NCBI GenBank assembly: GCA_964458665.1
Contig: CAYWOO010000042.1
Span: 2,987-66,986 of the forward strand
Source: an uncultured Dehalococcoidia bacterium
GTDB lineage: Bacteria > Chloroflexota > Dehalococcoidia > DSTF01 > JACRBR01
Reading direction: 5' to 3'
DNA: 64,000 bases
Shown here one piece after another: positions 39,030 through 47,213 of the stretch (positions within the stretch are counted from its first letter, which is position 1; the number at the start of each line of letters is the position of its first letter). A model generated the notes under the pieces. It was given only the letters and a program-made list of their open reading frames with translations, searched no databases and had not been told where the DNA came from. The position numbers and the translations under genes were made by a program.

Positions 39030-39057
39030 GAGAGGCCGCCCCGTGAAGCGGCCTCTC
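39030..39057 (-). terminator. 10-bp GC hairpin after the first Thr/Pro-rich gene
   Basis: GAGAGGCCGC-8 nt-GCGGCCTCTC, 26 nt downstream of the stop at 39083. Confidence 0.6.
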
Positions 39058-39082
39058 TCAGATTGTGCGATTCGCGCGGGCG

Positions 39083-39550
39083 CTATGCGCGCTTGCGCCA
39101 GACGATGGCGCCGCCGATGGTCGCGAGGCCAGCGGCGGCGAGCGCCAGCGTGATCCAGGGGAACCTGGCGCCGTCCGAATCGCCGGCGCCGGCGGCCGGG
39201 AGCGTCGTGCCCGCGCCCGCTCCACCGCTCGGGCTCGTGCCCGTCGCCACGACCACAGCAGTCGCCGTCGATGGCGCGCTCGTGCTGGTGGCGGCTGCCG
39301 TGCTCGTGCGCGTCGGCGTGTGCGTCTTGAACGGGCCGCTCGTCGCCGTGCGTGTAGGCGTAGTGGTCGCCGTGTTCGTGACCGTCGGCGTCAACGTCGG
39401 CGTGGCGGTCACCGTCGGCGTGGAGGTCGGGGTGTCGGTCGGCGTCGGCGTCGGCGTGTTGATCCCGGCCAGAACGCCACTGTACGGCAACGCGAGCGTG
39501 GCAACGGACGCGATGAGCAACGCCAGGCCGATCGAAATGAGCTTGTTCAT
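39083..39550 (-). CDS. Secreted Thr/Pro-rich protein with an LPXTG-like (LPAAG) C-terminal sorting signal
   Basis: Signal peptide MNKLISIGLALLIASVATLA, TPT/TAT low-complexity repeats, and a C-terminal TLPAAG + hydrophobic helix + WRKRA. Confidence 0.6.
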   Translation of the reverse strand: MNKLISIGLALLIASVATLALPYSGVLAGINTPTPTPTDTPTSTPTVTATPTLTPTVTNTATTTPTRTATSGPFKTHTPTRTSTAAATSTSAPSTATAVVVATGTSPSGGAGAGTTLPAAGAGDSDGARFPWITLALAAAGLATIGGAIVWRKRA

Positions 39551-39689
39551 GATGGTTGTCCCTTCGTTGTGCCACTGTGCGCGCAAGCACGCCAAGATGG
39601 CCGTATCTCTCGACTGTTGTCGGCCGGCGATCTACTGCCGAACATGAGGACTTCACGTAAGGGACATACGAACCGGCCGAATGCGCCGT

Positions 39690-40343
39690 CTAGCGAACGC
39701 GCGAAATGCGCCTTCGCCACGCCGCCGCGGCAGCTATCGTCGCGAGGCCGGCGGCACAGATAGCGAATGCGAACCAGGGGGACGGGCCGTCCGACGAACT
39801 ACCGTATCCCGTATTGGGTAGCGTTCCTGCGGCAGCCGCAGCGCCGGCTGGCCGCGTCGCTGTCATCGTCGCCGCACTCGTGCTGGTGCTCGTGCTGGTG
39901 GACGAAGCGGTCGCCGTGGCGGTGCATGTCGCGGTCGGTACAGGTGTCAGCGTGGATGTCGATGTCGCCGTGCCGGTGGCCGTCGGGGTCGCCGGCGTGG
40001 CCGTCTGAGTCGGCGTACTGGTGACCGTCGGCGTGGACGTGTCCCCGCTCAGAGGCGTGTTCGTCGGCGTTGGCGTCTCCGTCGGTGTGCTCGTCGCCGT
40101 CCCCGTGGATGTGGGCGTACTTGTGACGGTAGCGGTCGCCGTCGCACTGGGCGTGAGAGTCGTTGTAGGCGTGGACGTTACCGTGCCCGTCGAGGTCGCC
40201 GTCCCCGTGCGGGTGGACGTGGCCGTCGCCGTAGCCGTGTTTGCGGCCGTGCAGGCAAACGCTGTGCCGCCGCCGGACGGCAAGCCCAGCAAGATTCCGA
40301 GCGCAATCGACAGCGCCGTAATGAACTCGATGCCCTTCACCAT
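39690..40343 (-). CDS. Secreted Thr-rich LPXTG (LPNTG) cell-wall-anchor protein
   Basis: Signal/TM N-terminus, TAT/TST repeats, and a C-terminal LPNTG + hydrophobic helix + WRRRISRVR. Confidence 0.7.
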   Translation of the reverse strand: MVKGIEFITALSIALGILLGLPSGGGTAFACTAANTATATATSTRTGTATSTGTVTSTPTTTLTPSATATATVTSTPTSTGTATSTPTETPTPTNTPLSGDTSTPTVTSTPTQTATPATPTATGTATSTSTLTPVPTATCTATATASSTSTSTSTSAATMTATRPAGAAAAAGTLPNTGYGSSSDGPSPWFAFAICAAGLATIAAAAAWRRRISRVR

Positions 40344-40500
40344 GGGAACAACCGTCCTTCAGAATGCGACGTCCAACCTGAACCGCTCGCGCGTCGCCAA
40401 CGCCAGATCATAGCAGGGTGCGGCGCGACAACTTATTATCGGCAGGTTCGACTCGAAGCTGCACCGGGTGGGCTCTGACCCAGGACGAAGCTGCGCGCTG

Positions 40501-41193
40501 TCAGGCTCGGTGGCGCTTACGTATTCCGAACAGAATCGTCAACACGCCGCAGAACCCGAGGAGTAGGGCGAAGGGCGAGGTTTGGGCGCCCGGGCCGTCG
40601 CCCGTGCGTGGCAGTCGCGCGCCTGCGGCAACGCTGCCACGCGCACCTGAAGGGGCCACCGCCGTAGATATGACAGCGGGCGTCCCCGGCGCGGCAGCGG
40701 TGGCGCTCACGGGCGTGTCCGTAGTGGTCGGTGTGCCTGTCGCGGCAGGCGTGCTGGTGAGCGTACCGGGCGTGTTGGAGGCCAGCGCCGTATCTGTCGG
40801 GAGTGGCGTGTTCGTCGACAGCGTGGTGACCGTTGGGGTGGGCGTCGCGGCCTCGACCTTGACGGTGCCCGCCATCAACGTACCGTGAATCGCGCAGAGG
40901 TAGCTGAACGCGCCGATCGCATTGAACGTGTGCGAAAAAGTCCCCGTTGACTGCGGCGCACCGCTGTCGAATGACTCGGCGCCGTTGGAGGTCACGGTGT
41001 GCTGGTTGGAGCCGGTCCAGTTCCACTGCACGGTGCCTCCGACCGCGACCGTTATCGACTCGGGGCTGAACTGGTCGTCCTGCACGCTGACGGTGACCGT
41101 GGCAGCTGCGACCGGCTCGGCGTGTGCGGCAACGAGAGCCGCACTCAAAAGCATGGCGGCGCCCAATGCCAAGAGTGCGAGGTTTCGAATCAT
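40501..41193 (-). CDS. Cupredoxin (plastocyanin/azurin-like blue copper) protein with an LPXTG (LPRTG) anchor
   Basis: ATG 41193 follows GAGGAG and a signal peptide. Copper-ligand pattern: H in NQHTV, then C-x2-H-x4-M (YLCAIHGTLM). Thr/Pro linker, then LPRTG + TM + RKRHRA. ORF-track entry 40501..42273 is an artefactual extension antisense to galU. Confidence 0.8.
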   Translation of the reverse strand: MIRNLALLALGAAMLLSAALVAAHAEPVAAATVTVSVQDDQFSPESITVAVGGTVQWNWTGSNQHTVTSNGAESFDSGAPQSTGTFSHTFNAIGAFSYLCAIHGTLMAGTVKVEAATPTPTVTTLSTNTPLPTDTALASNTPGTLTSTPAATGTPTTTDTPVSATAAAPGTPAVISTAVAPSGARGSVAAGARLPRTGDGPGAQTSPFALLLGFCGVLTILFGIRKRHRA

Positions 41194-41331
41194 CGAGGTG
41201 CTCCTCTCTCGCTCCTGCAGTGGCGCGGCGCAATACTCTCTTCTACGACGGAGGGCGCAGCATAGATTGCAGGCCACGCACCGGCCTTCCGATACACTCA
41301 GCGAGTCGGTTGGCGCAGTGACGGAGGCCTT

Positions 41332-42201
41332 GTGCGGGTACGCAAAGCGGTGGTGCTGGCGGCGGGATACGGGACACGGATGCTGCCCGCGACGAAGGCG
41401 CAGCCGAAGGAATCCCTGCCGCTCGTCGACAAGCCGATCATCCAGTACACGGTGGAAGAGGCCGCGGCGGCCGGCCTGACGCAGGTGATCATCGTCACGG
41501 CAGCCAGCAAGCGCGCCGTAGAGGACCACTTCGATCGGTCGATGGAGTTGGAGATGACCCTCCGCGAGAAGGGTGACCACGCCCGGCTGGCAGAGATCCA
41601 GAAGATCAGCGAACTCGCTGACATCATGTACATTCGCCAGACCGAACAGAAGGGCATCGGCCACGCCGTGCTGCAAGCGAAGAACGCCGTTGGCGACGAG
41701 CCGTTCCTGCTGATGTTCCCGGACGACGTGCTGGTAGCGGATGTGCCTGTCTCGACGCAGATGGTCGGCGTGTTCGAGCAGCACGGCGGCTCCGTCATCG
41801 CCGTGCACGAGGTCGCTGACGCCGATGTCGAGCAATACGGCATCGTCGGCGGAGTCGACGTGGGTGGCGGCGTCATGCGCGTCGATACGCTGGTCGAAAA
41901 GCCGAAGCTCGAAGACGCGCCGTCGCGGCTCGGCATCGTCGGCCGATACGTGCTGACGCCGGAGATCTTCGGCATGATCGAGCGCACGCCACCCGGAAAG
42001 GGGCGCGAGATCCAGATCACCGACGCGCTGGCGGCGCTGATGAAGGTGCAGCCGGTGTTCGCCTACCAGTTCGAGGGGCGGCGCTACGACACCGGCCGGC
42101 CGCTGGGCCTGCTGACCGCGGCGATCGAGATCGCGATGCGGCGCGCGGACATCGGGCCGGGCCTGCGCGAGTTCCTCCGGACCTTGCCGCTCGAAGACTG
42201 A
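41332..42201 (+). CDS. galU: UTP--glucose-1-phosphate uridylyltransferase
   Basis: KAVVLAAGYGTRMLPATKAQPKESLPLVDKPIIQY, with VEKP and the expected length. Confidence 0.9.
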   Translation: MRVRKAVVLAAGYGTRMLPATKAQPKESLPLVDKPIIQYTVEEAAAAGLTQVIIVTAASKRAVEDHFDRSMELEMTLREKGDHARLAEIQKISELADIMYIRQTEQKGIGHAVLQAKNAVGDEPFLLMFPDDVLVADVPVSTQMVGVFEQHGGSVIAVHEVADADVEQYGIVGGVDVGGGVMRVDTLVEKPKLEDAPSRLGIVGRYVLTPEIFGMIERTPPGKGREIQITDALAALMKVQPVFAYQFEGRRYDTGRPLGLLTAAIEIAMRRADIGPGLREFLRTLPLED

Positions 42202-42271
42202 CCCTTCGCCCTCCCGCGAAGCGACGGCGGTTCCAAGCGCCTCCAACGACGCGGACATACTAGACTGATGC

Positions 42272-43582
42272 ATGTCTCACACGACGACGGGACAGCCGCG
42301 TAAGGTGATCGGGCGAATCCTCTCGCTCGGCTTCCCGTTGCCCGGCCCGCAGGTCGATAACTACAACTTCCTCAGCGCGCCGTCGTTTTTCGATTACGAC
42401 GCGATCGTCGTGGACCCGCACGCGCTGTCACTCCTGATCGAAGGCGTGATCGACGGCTCCGCGGAAGCAGCGACATTTGCAAATCTACCGATCCGCAACG
42501 CGCCGCCCACACCCGCGACCGCCGCGCTGAGCGAGGTCCTGCTGCGGCGGCGCGACGAGACGCTGACGCTGCTTGCGAACGGCGGCGTCGTCGTGTGCTT
42601 CGCGCACCCGGCGGCGACGCATCGCGACATCGATGGGATCGAAGCGCTGGACGACTACTACTGGCTACCCGCGGCGCCGCAGCTGATCGCGGGCGATGGA
42701 TCCCAGGCGCACATTGTCGATTTCCAGCACCCGCTGGCGGCGTTCGTCCACGGGCAGCTCGCCAACATCGCATATCGCGCCCATTTCGCAGAGGCCGACG
42801 CGCGCGCCTGCGCCTTCGCGCGCAGTCACGGCGGCGCGGCGATCGGCGTCGAGCTGCCGGTCGAGCGCGGCCGCGTGATCTTCGTGCCGGCGCTGAAGGC
42901 CGCGCTTTCGGGCGACGGACGCTACGCGATGTCGGACGCGCTCCAGGCGGGCATCCGCCGCGCGCTGGGCGTCGTGGCCGAGGGACGGCCGCCGGGATGG
43001 TTGAGCATCTACCCCCTGCCAGGCCTCGACGAGCGAGTTGTAACGCTGGAGGCCGCGCGCCAGTCGCGCGACGAAGCACAGCAGGCGCTCGATGCGGCGG
43101 AATCATCGCACGATGAGCTTGCGCGATTCCAGCGGCTGCTCTGGCAGGAGGGCGCGATCGGGCTCGACGACGTGGTGATCGACGCGCTGCGACTGATCGG
43201 CCTCGAGGTGTACGCCACGAACCGCCAGGAGATGGAGCTGCACGTCGACGGCGCAACGGTACTCTTCGAGATCGACGCGAGCGAGCATCCCATCGACCTG
43301 GCAGCGCATCATCGCCTGCGCCAGCGCATCGAGCGCGCAATCGAGCGCCGGGGCGAGGCGCCGCGCGGCGTCCTGTTCGTCAACGGACAGCGGCTCGAAT
43401 CGCCATCACTGCGCGCTCAGCAGGTGAGCGAAGCGCTGCGCCTCGCCGCCGAGACGATGCGTTACTGCATCGCGCCGACATCGTCGCTGTATGAGGCGGT
43501 GGCGGCGCAGTTGCGCGGCGACGCCGAAGCGGTCGCGGCGTACCGGCGGGCGCTCGTGGCAACAGACGGCGTGCTGGCGTAG
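42272..43582 (+). CDS. Hypothetical protein (436 aa), no family recognised
   Basis: Long ORF with genome-typical codon usage between galU and an SDR gene. Apparent three-part layout: an alpha/beta N-terminal half, a short coiled-coil-like segment (LEAARQSRDEAQQALDAAESSHDELARFQ), and a C-terminal region resembling restriction-endonuclease-like folds. Confidence 0.6.
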   Translation: MSHTTTGQPRKVIGRILSLGFPLPGPQVDNYNFLSAPSFFDYDAIVVDPHALSLLIEGVIDGSAEAATFANLPIRNAPPTPATAALSEVLLRRRDETLTLLANGGVVVCFAHPAATHRDIDGIEALDDYYWLPAAPQLIAGDGSQAHIVDFQHPLAAFVHGQLANIAYRAHFAEADARACAFARSHGGAAIGVELPVERGRVIFVPALKAALSGDGRYAMSDALQAGIRRALGVVAEGRPPGWLSIYPLPGLDERVVTLEAARQSRDEAQQALDAAESSHDELARFQRLLWQEGAIGLDDVVIDALRLIGLEVYATNRQEMELHVDGATVLFEIDASEHPIDLAAHHRLRQRIERAIERRGEAPRGVLFVNGQRLESPSLRAQQVSEALRLAAETMRYCIAPTSSLYEAVAAQLRGDAEAVAAYRRALVATDGVLA

Positions 43583-43627
43583 ACTTGCGCCGGCGCAACT
43601 GCTCGACTGTGAAGGAGAACAATCGCT

Positions 43628-44413
43628 ATGTCATCGAAGTGGGCGTTGGTGTTAGGCGCGTCGTCCGGATTCGGAGCGGCGACCTCGATCGAGCTTGCGA
43701 AGGCCGGGTTCGGAGTCTTCGGCGTGCACTTCGACATGCGGTCAACCATGCCGAACGCCGTCGCCGTGCAGGACGCCGTGAAGGCCGCCGGGCAGGACGC
43801 GATGTTCTTCAACATCAACGCCGCCGACGCCGGGAAGCGCGCAGCGACGCTCGACACGATCCGCGAAAAGATCGGCGCCGACGGGATCGTGCGCGTGCTG
43901 ATGCACTCGCTGGCGTTCGGGACGCTGCTGCCGTTCATCGATGACAATCCGAAGGCGCGGATCAGCCAGATGCAGATGGACATGACGTTGAACGTGATGG
44001 CGCACAGCCTGGTGTACTGGTCGCAGGACATGGCGACGCGCCGGCTGCTGGGCAAGAACAGCCGCATCTTCGCGATGACCAGCTCGGGCTCGACGCGCGT
44101 CATCGCGTCATACGGCGCCGTGTCCGCGGCGAAGGCCGCGTTGGAGTCGCACATCCGCCAGCTGGCGTTTGAGTTGGCGCCGATGGGCGTGTCGGCCAAC
44201 GCCGTCCGCGCGGGCGTCACCGACACGCCTGCACTCCGCCGCATCCCCGGCGGACCCGAACTGCACCAGCGCGCGATGGAACGCAACCCCAGCGGCCGCT
44301 CGACAACGCCGGAAGACGTCGCAAGGGCGATCGCCCTGTTCTCGGAAGAGAATGCGTACTGGATGACCGGCAACGTCATCGGCGTCGACGGCGGTGAAGA
44401 GCTGTCAGCGTAG
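43628..44413 (+). CDS. SDR family oxidoreductase
   Basis: Rossmann motif LVLGASSGFG and catalytic YGAVSAAK. Confidence 0.85.
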   Translation: MSSKWALVLGASSGFGAATSIELAKAGFGVFGVHFDMRSTMPNAVAVQDAVKAAGQDAMFFNINAADAGKRAATLDTIREKIGADGIVRVLMHSLAFGTLLPFIDDNPKARISQMQMDMTLNVMAHSLVYWSQDMATRRLLGKNSRIFAMTSSGSTRVIASYGAVSAAKAALESHIRQLAFELAPMGVSANAVRAGVTDTPALRRIPGGPELHQRAMERNPSGRSTTPEDVARAIALFSEENAYWMTGNVIGVDGGEELSA

Positions 44414-44429
44414 GTTGCAGGCCAGCGGC

Positions 44430-44598
44430 CCCGGAGCGGGGGCATTCAGCCCGCGCGGTTCCACGCTGATCGCCCGTCGGCGTAGTTGGTGGTTCGTAGT
44501 TTGTAGTGCGTAGTTTGTAGTGCGTAGTTGGGGCTTGCGGTTCTGCGATCCCGGAGCGCGGGCATTCAGCCCGCGCGGTTCCACGCTGATCGCCCGTC
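44430..44598 (+). repeat. Composite repeat: two 49-nt direct repeats (44430-44478, 44550-44598; one mismatch) flanking a heptamer array (44482-44544)
   Basis: Each DR is CCCGGAGCG(G/C)GGGCATTCAGCCCGCGCGGTTCCACGCTGATCGCCCGTC, containing the GCGCGGGC-attca-GCCCGCGC hairpin. The heptamers are GTAGTTG GTGGTTC GTAGTTT GTAGTGC GTAGTTT GTAGTGC GTAGTTG. Confidence 0.9.
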
Positions 44599-44612
44599 AA
44601 CCCGATCGACGC

Positions 44613-45479
44613 CTAGAGCTCGATCGCCGCGCCCGCCTCATCCAGCATCTCGACGGCGCGGGCGAGCTTGCCGTTCCCTTCGAAGCGGCTGACGAAGTAC
44701 AGGCGCTCGATGACGCGCACCGTCTCGACGGTGGAGTCCGGCGCGAGCAGAACGGCGATCTCGTCGCGCGTGCTGCGGACTCGGTCGAGCAAGTACGGGC
44801 TCGGCTCGCCGCCCCCGGTGAGGACGAGACACTCGATGTCGGTCTGGAGCGCGGCCAACTGCACGTCCGTCTTGTCGAAGCGCGTCACGACGCAGGTGCG
44901 CGCGCGGTTGCCGAAGTACGGCGACGCGGCATCGGACGACACCGTGCCGATCATCACGACGTCGAACGAGCCGCGGTCGCCCTCACCCGCGAGCCAGCGC
45001 GCTTTGAGCGCGACAGCGACATCGGTCACGGACGGCGCCGCCAGCGTGCGATCTTCGACCAGCGCCGTCAGCACGCCGGAACGCGCACCGACCGAAGCAA
45101 TATCGGCAGCGGGCACGCGCGTGACGATCGTCCCCACCAGCGCAGCCGCAGCCACGTCGGTAGCGGCAAACTTCGCGTGGCCGACCGCGACCACGCGCGC
45201 CTTCAGCGTCTCCGCGAGCGACTTGACGGATCCAGCAGGCGCCTCGAGCACGACGTCTCCCGCAAGCTTCGCGACAGCCGCCGCCGCGACAGGCTTCCCA
45301 GGCGTCACGACACCTTCGAGCGCCGCAAACGCGGCCGCATCGGCGGCAGCGCTATCGTCGCCATCGAGACGCGCCAGCGTCACGGCCTTGCCGTCGCGCA
45401 CCATGCGGTACGCGATCGCCGCCGCGATCAGACTGCGCCCCACGCGCGGCTCCGACGATGCGATGAGCAGAATCGACAT
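44613..45479 (-). CDS. DRTGG domain protein with a BioD/CbiA-like N-terminus (phosphotransacetylase N-terminal-like)
   Basis: The N-terminal ILLIASSEPRVGRS P-loop-like segment and the C-terminal CLVLTGGGEPSPYLL (DRTGG-type) block. Confidence 0.65.
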   Translation of the reverse strand: MSILLIASSEPRVGRSLIAAAIAYRMVRDGKAVTLARLDGDDSAAADAAAFAALEGVVTPGKPVAAAAVAKLAGDVVLEAPAGSVKSLAETLKARVVAVGHAKFAATDVAAAALVGTIVTRVPAADIASVGARSGVLTALVEDRTLAAPSVTDVAVALKARWLAGEGDRGSFDVVMIGTVSSDAASPYFGNRARTCVVTRFDKTDVQLAALQTDIECLVLTGGGEPSPYLLDRVRSTRDEIAVLLAPDSTVETVRVIERLYFVSRFEGNGKLARAVEMLDEAGAAIEL

Positions 45480-45537
45480 GGGCGGAGTATAACAACGGCC
45501 GCCCGTACGAGCAGCGCTGCGGCCGAACCTGCGCCGG

Positions 45538-45595
45538 TTGCCGCCGATCGGGCCACCGATACAATCGGGTTCACGCCGAGGTAGCTCAGTTGGTA
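45538..45595 (+). pseudogene. Orphan copy of the tRNA-Phe promoter plus the first 21 nt of tRNA-Phe (truncated tRNA fragment)
   Basis: TTGCCG-16 nt-TACAAT, then GCCGAGGTAGCTCAGTTGGTA (45575-45595), identical to 47032-47052. Similarity stops abruptly at 45596. Confidence 0.8.
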
Positions 45596-45802
45596 ATGCT
45601 ACCCGCGCTTTTGCAAGCTAACGCCGCGAACACGAGCTGTTCACTTAGAGTGGTCTACTAATAACGCTAACAGAGCACGTGCTGCTGCGCGGACGCGAAG
45701 TCGTCCGTCTCGGTGATGCTGCTCGCCTTCGCGCTCGCCTTATTGAGCTGTTGACCCTGCGCGCGGTACGCGGAACGTCGCCGAGAACGGCGATCAGCGC
45801 AG

Positions 45803-46900
45803 CTACGGTGCGTACGCTTCCATACTTGGAGATCCATAGTAGTCTCCGCCGACTGCGTACAGAACGTCACTTACCACACCTACGCCGACCGGGAATCGGC
45901 CTGTGAGCATCGGAACACTCGGCGTCCAACCGTTCGAGACGGGGTCGTACGTTTCTACCGTCTTCAGATACTGATTGTCCTCCTGGAAGTCGGGGTTGAA
46001 GCCGCCAACGGCGTACAGGATATCATTCACGACGCCGACACCCAGCCCATATCGTTCCATCGGCATGGAGGCTCTCTTTGTCCAACTGTCGGTTACGGGG
46101 TCGTAAGCCTCAACCGTGTGCACTAACTGCGTGGGCGAGTACCCGCCGACGGCATAGAGGATGCCACCTATCACACCGACGCCGAGGCCGGAGCGCCCAT
46201 TGGTGGCGGACATCGACGCCTTCGGTGTCCAGCTGTCGGTGACGGGGTTATAGGCCTCTAGCGTGTTCAGGTTGAACAAGAATTCTCCGGAGAAGAATCT
46301 GCCCCCAATCGCGTAGAGGATGCCGTCCACCACGCCGACGGCGACCTCTTGGCGGGCCGTGGGCATTGGTGCCTTCGTCGTCCAAGTGTCGGTAGTTGGG
46401 TCATACGCTTCGACGGTGTTCAGCGTACCCTGGGCAGCATCGACGACATGGCCTCCTATGGCGTAGAGGATGCCATCTACGACGCCTACGCCCGGCCCAT
46501 AGCGGGGCGTTGGCATCGATGCTTTCGTCGTCCACGTGTCGGTGGTAGGGTCGTAGGCCTCGACCCGACCCTCAACGTTGCGCCCGACGGCATACAGTTT
46601 TCCGTCTGCTACTCCGACGCTGTGGTCACTGCCGCCTAATCCCAAGATCGATGCTTTTGCCGTCCATGTAGGGATCGGTGTCGGAGTCGGAACTGCCGTC
46701 GGCAGCGGGGCCAGTTGACCTACGTGTGCCAGCGTCTTCAGCACATCAGACAGCGAAACCGCGCCGGTGTGATCCACGTCGGCGTCGTACGCCGTGACGG
46801 GTTGCGGCGGCGCCGCCAGCACGTAGCGCCGTACGCTGAAGGTCGCCGCGATCGCGACGATCGTCGCGCTGATGATGGATGTGATGATGATCGTACGCAT
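45803..46900 (-). CDS. Kelch-repeat (beta-propeller) protein with an N-terminal TM/signal anchor and a dockerin/EF-hand-like motif
   Basis: ATG 46900 follows GAGGAGGGGG. About six repeats with (D/G)G(I/K)LYA(V/I)GG and VEAYDP.TD.WT. It also has DADVDHTGAVSLSDVL. GC is visibly lower than surrounding genes (31 G+C in 46261-46320). Confidence 0.85.
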   Translation of the reverse strand: MRTIIITSIISATIVAIAATFSVRRYVLAAPPQPVTAYDADVDHTGAVSLSDVLKTLAHVGQLAPLPTAVPTPTPIPTWTAKASILGLGGSDHSVGVADGKLYAVGRNVEGRVEAYDPTTDTWTTKASMPTPRYGPGVGVVDGILYAIGGHVVDAAQGTLNTVEAYDPTTDTWTTKAPMPTARQEVAVGVVDGILYAIGGRFFSGEFLFNLNTLEAYNPVTDSWTPKASMSATNGRSGLGVGVIGGILYAVGGYSPTQLVHTVEAYDPVTDSWTKRASMPMERYGLGVGVVNDILYAVGGFNPDFQEDNQYLKTVETYDPVSNGWTPSVPMLTGRFPVGVGVVSDVLYAVGGDYYGSPSMEAYAP

Positions 46901-46993
46901 AGTGTCCCCCTCCTCAGATGGAACCACCATACGCTTATCCAGCAAGCCCGTCTACGCACGCCGCTAGCGGTGCCGTTATCATGCGGCGACAGG

Positions 46994-47022
46994 TTGCCGC
47001 CGATCCGGGGCGCCGATACAAT
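46994..47022 (+). promoter_or_regulatory. tRNA-Phe promoter (TTGCCG-17 nt-TACAAT)
   Basis: The -10 ends 9 nt before the mature tRNA 5' end. Confidence 0.6.
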
Positions 47023-47031
47023 CGGGTTCAC

Positions 47032-47107
47032 GCCGAGGTAGCTCAGTTGGTAGAGCACACGACTGAAAATCGTGGTGTCGCCAGTTCAATTCTGGCCCTC
47101 GGCACCA
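47032..47107 (+). tRNA. tRNA-Phe (anticodon GAA), CCA encoded
   Basis: Full cloverleaf by hand: acceptor GCCGAGG/CCTCGGC, D arm GCTC/GAGC, anticodon stem CACGA/TCGTG with loop CTGAAAA, T arm GCCAG-TTCAATT-CTGGC, then ACCA. Confidence 0.97.
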
Positions 47108-47153
47108 TCACGCAAGGGTTAGCTGGTCAGCATTTCAGCTTGTCAGCGTTTCT

Positions 47154-47185
47154 GCCGCCAGCGACTCGCTGGCGGCTTTTCGTTG
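47154..47185 (+). terminator. Intrinsic terminator after tRNA-Phe
   Basis: GCCGCCAGCG-act-CGCTGGCGGC followed by TTTTCGTTG. Confidence 0.75.
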
Positions 47186-47213
47186 CGGCGTGAGCGCCGG
47201 GGAGGTTGCGGCC

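Noticed and set aside
37160-39046. A 628-aa plus-strand ORF antisense to uvrB.
   Set aside because: UvrB on the minus strand is unambiguous. This antisense ORF has no recognisable domains.
41194-42273. The upstream 360 codons of ORF 40501..42273 (minus), which would make the cupredoxin a 590-aa protein.
   Set aside because: That part is antisense to a clear galU gene. A signal peptide with a good SD starts at ATG 41193, giving a sensible 230-aa secreted protein.
44430-44598. Two identical-length direct repeats with a spacer, considered as a possible mini-CRISPR.
   Set aside because: There are only two repeats and the spacer is itself a heptamer array. No cas genes are nearby, and diverged single copies occur elsewhere. 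It behaves like a REP/MITE-type repeat.
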